A stretch of DNA of 64,000 nucleotides from Alphaproteobacteria bacterium (GTDB lineage Bacteria > Pseudomonadota > Alphaproteobacteria > CAAGCB01 > CAG-977). Every line of letters begins with the position of its first letter. Position 1 is the stretch's first letter. The notes beneath the pieces were generated by a model that was not told the origin of the DNA, did no database searches, and saw only the letters and a program-made list of their open reading frames with translations. This document shows, piece after piece, positions 1 to 9,100 of this stretch. The stretch is taken from positions 71,950 to 135,949 of the forward strand of contig CAAGEP010000006.1 in NCBI GenBank assembly GCA_900768875.1, written 5' to 3'. Both the position numbers and the translations under genes were made by a program.

Positions 1-593
1 CGCGGCTGTGCGGATTTGTCTGCTTCGCTTTTATAACAACGGCGACCGTTTTAACGCTGTCTTTGTTGCATTTGACGGGGGAATTCGAGGTTGATGCTAC
101 GCTGGCGGTCAATCCGACGTATTCCGAAAATCTGGCGTACTTTCAACCGCTGCATCCCGATATGCCCGCGATGGATTTGCTGTCCGAAATGTTTGTTCGC
201 CAGTTTATTACGGTGTCAAACACACTCTACAAGGATACGCACGAAATGATGCGCATGTGGGGGAGCGGCGGCATGGTTCGCTATATGTCGTCCCCGAGAA
301 TTTATGGCGAATTTTGGGACAGAGTCAGCAAAACGATGTTTGATGGCGATGCGCCGCCTTTGGCAACGATGGAGCCGCATATCCGCCGCATTTTGAAAGA
401 AGGCTGGAACAGCTGGCAAATCTTCTTTGAAACGCGCACGATGAAAAACAATATCGAAGATCCCAAAATCGAACATTGGATTGCAACGATTCAGTTTAGG
501 TATTATAGTTATAATGCGGTTATGTTCCGGCGGTTGCGCAACCCGATGGGCTTTACGGTAACGCAGTACCATTTGGCGCGGCAGAAAAGATGA
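1..593 (+). CDS. virB8: T4SS VirB8 family protein, 5'-truncated by window edge (frame open to position 3; hydrophobic TM-like segment CGFVCFAFITTATVLTLSLL then periplasmic NTF2-like domain)
   Basis: The frame is open from the window start, with no stop from nt 3. The periplasmic domain shares the signature F[RW]WG..G..RWMSSP..Y with the downstream VirB8 paralog. The stop overlaps the next start (ATGA). Confidence 0.7.
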   Translation, partial: RLCGFVCFAFITTATVLTLSLLHLTGEFEVDATLAVNPTYSENLAYFQPLHPDMPAMDLLSEMFVRQFITVSNTLYKDTHEMMRMWGSGGMVRYMSSPRIYGEFWDRVSKTMFDGDAPPLATMEPHIRRILKEGWNSWQIFFETRTMKNNIEDPKIEHWIATIQFRYYSYNAVMFRRLRNPMGFTVTQYHLARQKR

Positions 594-802
594 GGAAAAC
601 GGTTATGAAAACGAATTCGGTTAAAAAAGCTTTGATTGTCGCCGTGCTGACGGCAGGCGTTGCCGCGTGCGGATCGATTTTTGAAAAAGAACCCGTCGGA
701 ATCGGCAAGGATATTTCCGAACTCAAACGGTCGCCGTGCGCTTGCATGATGCTGAAGCTGCCTGCGGGACTGCCCGACTGGATGTTGAGCGCGCAAGGAT
801 AA
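590..802 (+). CDS. virB7: small lipoprotein, VirB7-like (signal peptide + lipobox VAAC)
   Basis: 70-aa ORF with an N-terminal signal peptide and an LTAGVAAC|GS lipobox. It sits between two virB8 paralogs, as in Rickettsiales rvh clusters. Its ATG overlaps the upstream stop (ATGA). Confidence 0.5.
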   Translation: MRKTVMKTNSVKKALIVAVLTAGVAACGSIFEKEPVGIGKDISELKRSPCACMMLKLPAGLPDWMLSAQG

Positions 803-808
803 TGCCCC

Positions 809-1588
809 ATGCCCAGACCGATGAAAAAACAACAGCCTTTGGTGCCGAAAAAAGACGCGGACGCGCCTTCTTCCGTTAATGCGAAAGATGACGCTCAGCC
901 CGTCAAAGCGCGCCCGAAAGCACAGGCGGCGCCTTCAAACGACGAGCTGACGGTTGATTTGTTGCGTGAACGCCGCTATTTGTGGACGGCGCGCGCGTTT
1001 GCGATTGTGTCGGCGGTGGCGCTGTGTCTGAATCTGGTTCTGATGATTGCGATGGCCAACTTGATGCCTTTGAAACGCGCCGAACCGTTTTTGCTGACAT
1101 TCCAAAGCAAGGACGATCAGGTTGTCCGCATCCGGCCGTTGGAATCCGATTTGGGGGCGAACGATTTGCTGACGGAAGCGATGATTCGCCAATATGTCCT
1201 GTTGCGCAACACGATGACCGCAGATATCGAAGAAATGTCGTTCCGTTGGGGCAATGACGGGCCTTTGCGCTGGATGTCGTCGCCCAATGTTTACAAACAA
1301 TTCGCCAAAACAATCAAAGACTGGCTGGCGCGCGTCAAATTGGAAGGCTTGACCCGCGAAGTCCGCATTGAATCCGTTGTTCGACAACAGGATATTTGGG
1401 TGGTTTATATTGTAACGCGCGATATGCTGCCCGAAGCCGACCAGCCCGTAACACAGCGTTGGCGCGTGAAACTGAAAGTCCGTTATTTCGGAATGTCGTC
1501 CAAAAACGAAGTCAAGTACGTTGACAGACTGAAAAATCCGTTGGGTTTTGTCGTGTCGGCTTATGCAATCGAAAGTGCCGCAGATTAA
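809..1588 (+). CDS. virB8: T4SS VirB8 (bitopic inner membrane protein; second paralog)
   Basis: 259 aa with an N-terminal cytoplasmic region, one TM (FAIVSAVALCLNLVLMIAMANL) and a periplasmic NTF2-like domain paralogous to ORF 1..593. Confidence 0.75.
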   Translation: MPRPMKKQQPLVPKKDADAPSSVNAKDDAQPVKARPKAQAAPSNDELTVDLLRERRYLWTARAFAIVSAVALCLNLVLMIAMANLMPLKRAEPFLLTFQSKDDQVVRIRPLESDLGANDLLTEAMIRQYVLLRNTMTADIEEMSFRWGNDGPLRWMSSPNVYKQFAKTIKDWLARVKLEGLTREVRIESVVRQQDIWVVYIVTRDMLPEADQPVTQRWRVKLKVRYFGMSSKNEVKYVDRLKNPLGFVVSAYAIESAAD

Positions 1589-1600
1589 AGAAGGTGTGCC

Positions 1601-3124
1601 GTGAAAAACAGTATTTCAATTCGTCTTTTCGCATTTGTTTTAACGGCGGCGGTCGCCGTGTCGGGGCGGGTTTCGGCTCAGCAGTCTGCCGCGCGCGAAT
1701 CCATGGATGCCGCCATTGAGCAGTCGAACGGCCAATATTCCGAAATCGACATGCCGTATCTGTGGTCGTTGGGCATGCAGCAAAAAGCGTGGAACAAACC
1801 GTTGGAACATTTGGGTGAAGGACAATCCAAACCGGGATATTCCCGCTATTTCTGGTCGCCCGATTTGGTACTGCCTTTGCGTATTCGCGAAGGAATGCAC
1901 ACGTTGATTAACTTTCCGTCGTGGGAATACATTGACAATGTGTTTTTGGGCAACGCCAGCGCATTCGGATCGCAAAAAGTCGCCGCAAACGCTTTGATGG
2001 TTTTTGCAAACAATCCGGAACTGGTCGGCATGGATACGAATATGATTGTGTTCGGCCGGTCGGGCAACCGCTATGTTTTTTATTTGCGCAGCGAAACGTT
2101 CAATGCGGACAGAATTACAAACGCCGTCGTCGATATTATTGTCAACGACAGTAAATTCGTTCCAGACGATTCGGGAAAAACCCCTTTTTCGGCGGGTGAG
2201 ACGGGTGTCGGCGCAACACCCGCGGGGGCGGCTTCCGTCGGCGGAACGGCAGGCAAAGCCAAGAGCAAAAAGCTGAAATTTTTTGATCCGATGAACGACT
2301 GGTTGGAAGATTTGGACGTCGATCCCGAAAAACTGAAATTCGATATTGATGTTTTCGTTCCCAATCCGGAAGACATGGAAATCGCCCCCGAACGCGTATG
2401 GCGCGACGAGATTTTCACATATATTGACTTGGGGCCGAAAGCGTTATCAATGACGCAGCGTCCGATTGTCAATCTGCTGGTGCAGGGCAGTGAAGTCCCT
2501 GTCGGTTTCAGAACGCGCGGGCCGAACGGACGGCTGATTGTGGTCGAAGGAATCGGCGATTTGGTGCTGCGAAACGGCAAACGGCTGTTGTGCTTGAAAA
2601 TTCGCAAAGATCCGAGCTTTGGCACGGATTGGGTCGAATATGACCAATCCGTACAGCCCGCTTATTCACCCGCGGGAATGAGAACCCCCGGCGTTTCGCC
2701 CCGCGGCGCGAACGAAATCGCCAATGAACAGGCGTCGTCTCAAATGGCGCGGCAGACGATAATACAGCGGGCGCAACAGCAGCAGATGTCCGACAATCTG
2801 TCTTTGACGGGCAGGAACGCACAGATTTCGGCGTCGTTTGCGAATCGCTATCGCCGTGCGGCGACGGAAACGATTGCGATTGAATTGGGCGCGGATGCTG
2901 AAATTTCGGCTCTGGAACGGAAGTGGGACAATATTTACCGCAAAAACAAAGACTTGCTTGCAAACTACGAGCCGTATTATTCGGTTGACGCGGTTGCCGA
3001 AGGCGAAACAAAGGATTTATTCCGTTTGCGCATCGGGCCCGTCGGATCGATTAAGGACGGCGACAAGTTGTGCAATCAGCTGGGTCGGCGCGGTGTCACC
3101 TGTATTGTGGTGCGGACGCAATGA
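1601..3124 (+). CDS. virB9: T4SS VirB9/TrbG/CagX family protein with C-terminal SPOR-like domain (507 aa)
   Basis: Signal peptide (AVSGRVSA|QQ). A VirB9 C-terminal-domain-like region (ERVWRDEIFTYIDLGPKA ... PIVNLLVQGSEVPV). The C-terminal ~70 aa resemble a SPOR repeat (DLFRLRIGPVGSIKDGDKLCNQLGRRGVTCIVV). Its stop overlaps the virB10 ATG (ATGA). Confidence 0.6.
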   Translation: MKNSISIRLFAFVLTAAVAVSGRVSAQQSAARESMDAAIEQSNGQYSEIDMPYLWSLGMQQKAWNKPLEHLGEGQSKPGYSRYFWSPDLVLPLRIREGMHTLINFPSWEYIDNVFLGNASAFGSQKVAANALMVFANNPELVGMDTNMIVFGRSGNRYVFYLRSETFNADRITNAVVDIIVNDSKFVPDDSGKTPFSAGETGVGATPAGAASVGGTAGKAKSKKLKFFDPMNDWLEDLDVDPEKLKFDIDVFVPNPEDMEIAPERVWRDEIFTYIDLGPKALSMTQRPIVNLLVQGSEVPVGFRTRGPNGRLIVVEGIGDLVLRNGKRLLCLKIRKDPSFGTDWVEYDQSVQPAYSPAGMRTPGVSPRGANEIANEQASSQMARQTIIQRAQQQQMSDNLSLTGRNAQISASFANRYRRAATETIAIELGADAEISALERKWDNIYRKNKDLLANYEPYYSVDAVAEGETKDLFRLRIGPVGSIKDGDKLCNQLGRRGVTCIVVRTQ

Positions 3125-6100
3125 ACGAAGAATTACTCAGCTCATCGGATAAATACTTGAAGAAATCCAACCGGACGTTGCTTCTGGTTGGAATCTTCGC
3201 GTTTCTTGCTTTTTTCATAGGCTTGATTGTTTTGTTGAGCGGCGGGGAAGCGCAAAAGGAAGACGCAAAAGTAACCGTTGAGGGAGCCAGCGACGCTTTT
3301 ACCGACATTACGGGGGGCGATGCCGACAACTTTTCCAATTTCGACGAACCGTCAACGGGCGTCAAACTGAACGTTACGCCCGATGTCATGCGCTTTGATC
3401 AAGTCGTGCTCGGCACTTCCGCGGAAGGGGCGCTGACCATCACGCCGTCATCGGGGCGCGTCAGCATTATGGAAATCGCGTTTGAAAACAACCCCGACGA
3501 CGGATTCAAACTGGAAAGCAAGTGTAAGCCGAACGATATTCTGACAACGGATTTGTCCTGTACCGTCATTGTCAAATGGGAACCGAAAACCGCACGGACG
3601 ATTCAATCGAATCTGGCGATTAAATGGCGTGATGAAACGGCTGGCGCAATCGGAAAAACGGTATTGGTTTCCGTGTCCGCCATGGCTATCGACACCAGCC
3701 TTTGCGGCGTGTGCGACGAAGCTCCGGGCGGTGGCACGACCGCCGATCAACTGCGTCAGAAAGGACGTTTGATTTTAGGACCCGACGGCAAACCTATCGG
3801 TTATGCGGACGAAAACGGTGTCGTGTACGGGTTGGACGGCAAACGCATCGGCACGTTGCGTCCCGACGGAACGGTTGTTGACGATCAGGGGTACATTATC
3901 GGTGTGGCGGAAGGCGTGCGCGTCGCTTTGGGGCCCGACGGCAGCATTATCGGAACGATTTTGCCCGACGGACGCGTCATTGACAAAGACGGCAATCTTA
4001 TCGGCTATGCTTTGCCCGACGGCACGATTGTGGATTTGAACGGCAATGTCATCGGCGCGGCAATGCGCACGGGAACGGCCGTCGACAAAAACGGCAATCC
4101 TATCGGCCGCGTGATGCCCGACGGACGTGTACTGGACGAAAACGGCAACCTTATCGGCTACTTGAATCCCGACGGCACGATTGTGGATTTGAACGGAAAC
4201 ATCATCGGTTCGGTGATGCCTTCGGGGGCGGTCGTCGATGCTTTGGGGCGCGTTTTGGGCATTGTCATGCCCGACGGTTCGGTGGTTGACAAAGACGGCA
4301 ATGTTATCGGCCGCGTTTTACCCAACGGGTTCGTGGTTGACAAAGACGGCAACATCATCGGCCGCGTGATTAAAGAAGGGCTTGCCATCGGTCCGGGGTG
4401 CCGCCTTATCGGCCGTGTCAGCACGGACGGGTCGGTCATGTCTTCCAACAAGCAGGTCGGACGGCTGACCGCGGCGATGATTGTGGTTGACATGGGCAAC
4501 AATCCCGTCGGCGGCTATGTGCAAGAAGGCGCGGTTTTGGGATGGGATGGAAAGACAATCGGCAAAATCGATTCCGACGGCCAGCCCGTCAGCTTCAAAG
4601 GCGATTTGCTGGGGTGCTTGCTGCCCAACGCGGCGGTTGTCAATGACAGCGAGGAGATGATAGGCGCTTTGCGGCCTTACGGAACGGTTGTCGGAACGCG
4701 CTGCGGTTTTGAAGGCCGCGTGATGCCCGACGGTTCCGTCGTTAACAACGGCGAACTCAAAGGGCGCATCTTGCCGGATAAAACCTTTTTGCGCGAAGAC
4801 GGAACCATCGGCGGCGCGATTGCCCGCAGTAACGTCGGGCTTGCGCCGGGATGCGCCAATTTGGGCTTTGCCAACATCGACGGACAAATGATGACCACCA
4901 AAGGCGAATTTGTCGGGTGTTTGGCGGCAAACGGCGATGTGCTGGATGACAAGTATGTCGTTTTGGGGCGTGTGTTGGATACGGGAACCGCTATCGGCGT
5001 TGACGGCAGAATGATCGGCATTTTGGACAGCGCGGGCAAAATTGTCGATAAAAACGGAAAAGTTTTGGCGTGCATGGATCCCGATTACGTCGCGATTTCC
5101 GAAACCAAAAACGAACCTGTCGGCATGGCGACCCCGCAGGGCGGCGTTTTGGACCGTGACGGCCGGACGGTCGGATGGGTGATGCCCGACGCGTCGGTCA
5201 AAAACACGCAGGGAGGTTCTGTCGGCAAAACATTGGGGGACGCCTCTGTTGTCGATATGACAGGGCAAAAAGTCGCCCGCGTCGTTCCGTTCCAAGGATT
5301 GCCGTTAAAGGCGGCGTGCGAACCCGTCGGGCGGATTATTATGGACGGGCGTATTGTCGACAAAGACTTTAAACGGACGGCGTATTTAAGACTGGACGAT
5401 TCTTTGGCGGACGAACAGGACAATTTCATCGGACGTTTGGCAACGGCTCAGCACGGCATCGATTCCCGCAGCACTTATGTGGGGGCGATTGACGAAACGG
5501 GGGCTTTGATTAACCAGGCGGGTGAAAAAGTCGGCTGCTTGCGTCCGGACAATCTGTTCGTCGACTCGGACGGAAAATTCAAAGCCGCGCAAATGCTCAC
5601 GGGGCTGGCCGTCAATCCGCAAACCGATTTGTACGCCCGCGGCGATTCAATCGGCAAAGCGTTAAACCTCAAAGGAACGGATTTTGTCGGTAAAACGTTG
5701 GTCAGCACTTACATTCAAAATGACGATAAAACGGTAACGGGCGGCATCATTCCCGCCGGAGCGGCGGTTTTGGACATTAAAACCAGCAAGCCCATCGGCC
5801 GTTTGCTGCCGGACGGCAATGCGGTGAATTTGCAAAGCCGTTTTCTGGGGCGGTTGAAAATGCCGGGCGGCGACGTTGTGGATCGCGCCGGAACCGTTGT
5901 CGGCCGCGTTTTTGTGGGATTGAGGCAAGTGATTGGGCCGAACGGCGAAATTTTGGGCGTCGTTTTGTCCGACGGAACGGTGATTGACGCCAACGGGCAA
6001 GTCATCGGACAGGCGGATTTGCAAGGAAAAGTCGTCGATAAGGACGGCAATGTCATCGGCGAAGTTCTGCCTGTGGGCATGCCTGTTTTGGGGGCGGACG

Positions 6101-9100
6101 GCAAAATCATCGGCTATGTCGGATTAAACGGCGAAATCGTTGACGAAGACGGCAAACCCGTGTTGGGCGAAGACGGCAAGCCTTTGCGTTACCGTTCGGG
6201 CGGAATGGTGGTCAGTGCGGACGGAAAAGTGGTTGGCTTTACGCTGAATGACGGCTTGGCGATCGGCTTTGACAACAAAGTGCTGGGAACAATCAACGCT
6301 CAAGCCGTTGTTCGGAACGCCAACGGGACGGACTTGGGGACGATGCAGGTTGACGGCACCGTCGTTGACACAATGGCGACGCCTATCGGTCGCGGACTGA
6401 TTAACGCCGTTCCCGTCGGCAGGCAATGCCGCGGGTTAGGGGCTGTGAATTCAGAGGGCAAAGTTGTTTCCGCTTCGGGCGACGAACTGGGGTTTGTAAC
6501 GTTTGACCGAGCCGTTTTGGATGCGACAAATACACAAATCGGAATTGTACTCAGCCCCGATTCCGTGATTGACAGACCGTGCAATATTACGGGCGAAATC
6601 GGGCGCGACGGTAAATTCCGCAGCGCAAGCGGCAACGAAACCGGCTGTGTGGATTTCGACGGCATCGTAACGAACAAAAACACGAAACGCATCGGAACGG
6701 TGATTTTGAAAGGACCTGTCATCGGCTTTGACGGCAAAGTGTTCGGTAAAGTCGTTCCCAACGGCGAAGTGTTGGATGCAGACGGCAATGTTTTGGGATG
6801 CTTCGGCGCAGACGGCGCGATTTACAACAAAAGCAACACGCTGACGGGCGTGTCCGATTTAATGAAATACGCCGTTGACGCCAAAGGAAAAACCGTTGCC
6901 AGAATCGTCGGCGGAAAATACGGCGTTTCACGGGAAAACGACAAATTGGTCGGGATGCTTGAAGGCGGAAGATTGCTGGATGACAAAGGGACGGAAATCG
7001 GGTTGCCCGTTCCCGCGGGCAGACGCGTCATCGGTCGTGACGGGCGCATTGTCGGCACGGTTCTGCCCAAAGGCGGTGTTGCGGCCGATAACGGTGAAAA
7101 CAAAGGCTTTGTAACATCCCGCATGCGCGCTTTGACACCCGACAACAAATTCTTGGGGCGTGTCGTTCCCGTCGGAGAGGAGTGTAAGGACAAAGGCGGA
7201 CAAGTCGTCGGCAAAGTTCATTTTGACGGTACGATTGTCGATGAAAACGTCGAAGTGCTGGGGCGTATTATGGCGAACGGTACGGCATTAAGCAATGCGG
7301 GAACGTATTTGTGCTCCATTTCTCCGATGAGCGTTGTTGACGATGTGTGGACAGGCAAAGCCGTGTATGATGCCAACGGAAATCTTATCGGTTATGTCGA
7401 CGAAGATGGAAACGTTCGCGATGCCAGCGGAAAAATCATCGGCCGCGTCATGCCCGACGGAACGGTCGTCGATTTGAACGGCAACACAATCGGTTATGTG
7501 GCTTTGGGCGAACCCGTGTATGATGCCAACGGCAAGCTTATCGGTTTTGTCGGCGAGGACGGCATTGTCCGCGATGCGCAAGGCAACGTTATCGGCACTT
7601 TGCGTCCCGACGGGACGGTCGTTGACGAAAACGGCAACATTATCGGAAAAACGTTGGGAACGCCGCTGTACGACGCTGACGGAAATCTTATCGGTTTCGT
7701 CGGCAAAGACGGGGTGGCGCGCGATTTGAACGGCAATGTGCTGGGGGTTCCCGTGTTTGACGAAAACGGCAAGCTTATCGGTTTTGCGGATAAAGACGGA
7801 AAGGTTCGCGATTTGAAAGGTAATGTCATCGGCACTTTGCGTCCCGACGGGACGGTCGTTGACGAAAACGGCAACATTATCGGAAAAGCGTTGGGAACGC
7901 CGCTGTACGACGCTGACGGAAATCTTATCGGTTTTGTCGGCAAAGACGGGGTGGCGCGCGATTTGAAAGGCAATGTGCTGGGGGTTCCCGTGTACGACGC
8001 CAACGGCAAGCTTATCGGTTTTGCGGATAAAGACGGAACGGTTCGCGATTTGAAAGGCAATGTCATCGGCAAAGTTCTGCCTGACGGGACGGTCGTTGAT
8101 TTGAACGGCAATGTCATCGGCAAAATCGATTCCAGGGCGATGCAGGCCAAAAAGAATGTTCGGATTGCGGTCGGCCGCGACGGCAAATTTTTGGGCATTG
8201 TCGGTGAAGACGGCTTTGTCCGCGACGCGAACGGCAATATCATCGGCAAAGTTCTGCCCGACGGAACGGTCGTCGATTTGAACGGCAACGTTATCGGTTC
8301 CGTGATAGAAGGCGAGCCGCTTTACGATGAAAACGGAAACCTTATCGGCGTTGTCAAAGCCGACGGAACGGTTGTCGATTTGAACGGTAATGTGCTGGGG
8401 CATTTGAACGCTGACGGCGAAATCGTTGACAAGGACGGCAATGTTATCGGCATATGGAAAAACGGCAAGCTGACCATGCAGGGCGACAAGCTTAAACCGC
8501 GATTCGCTTTTGATAAAAACGGCAACAGAATCGGCATCGTCCTGCCCGACGGAACGGTTATTGACGCGAACGGCAACATCATCGGCCATGTGGACGAAAA
8601 CGGCAACGTCATCGGTCTGGACGGCGAAATTATCGGCTCTTTGACCGACGGCGGCGGAAAAGAAGGCAAGGACAAAGATAAAGTTTCCGTTTTCGGAAAA
8701 TTCGATCCGGATTCCTACCGATACCGCGGTAAAGGTTTGGGCGCGGGCGGCGGCACGGGCAAGGGCGAACGCTATGACCCGTCGCGGATTAAAGAGCTGC
8801 GCGCGAAACAAATGGCTTACCGCAAAATGATTCGTCCGGGATTGGGCGCGGGATTGGAGGAGGATTCCGAATCGGCGTTGCTGAAAAAACAGCACAGAGC
8901 CAACAACTGGAGCAGCATCAACATTAATAAAAACGTATCGTCCTATCGTGTAAAGATGGATAATATGATTTTAGCGGACAAAGCCATTCCCGCCGTATTG
9001 ACGCGGTCAATCGATTCTTTGTACAGCGATGTTCCCGTTTCCGCCGTTGTGGAACGCAACGTGTATTCGGAAAGCGGCCGGAAAGTGATTATTCCCGCGG

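Noticed and set aside
63-593. Treating 63..593 as a complete gene starting at TTG
   Set aside because: The reading frame is open back to nt 3 and contains a TM-like segment before nt 63. The gene is 5'-truncated by the window edge rather than starting at 63.
3070-3120. virB10 start at 3070 (MQSAGSARCHLYCGADAM...)
   Set aside because: It overlaps virB9 by 55 nt. The ATG at 3121 forms the ATGA stop/start overlap typical of this operon and precedes the TM segment at the expected distance.
3775-8650. Possible CRISPR array or IS-derived repeats suggested by the periodic DNA repeats
   Set aside because: The repeats are in frame, translate to a coherent 17-19-aa protein motif within one continuous ORF, and lack the repeat-spacer structure. 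No cas genes or transposase are present.
4318-8895. Long antisense ORFs inside virB10 (e.g. 4318..5295 -, 5715..6110 -, 6300..6788 -, 7288..8895 - 535 aa, 7494..8288 - 264 aa)
   Set aside because: They lie entirely antisense or out of frame to the repeat-rich, GC-biased virB10 coding sequence. They give low-complexity Pro/Ser/Thr-rich translations with no start context. These are typical open-frame artefacts of repetitive coding DNA.
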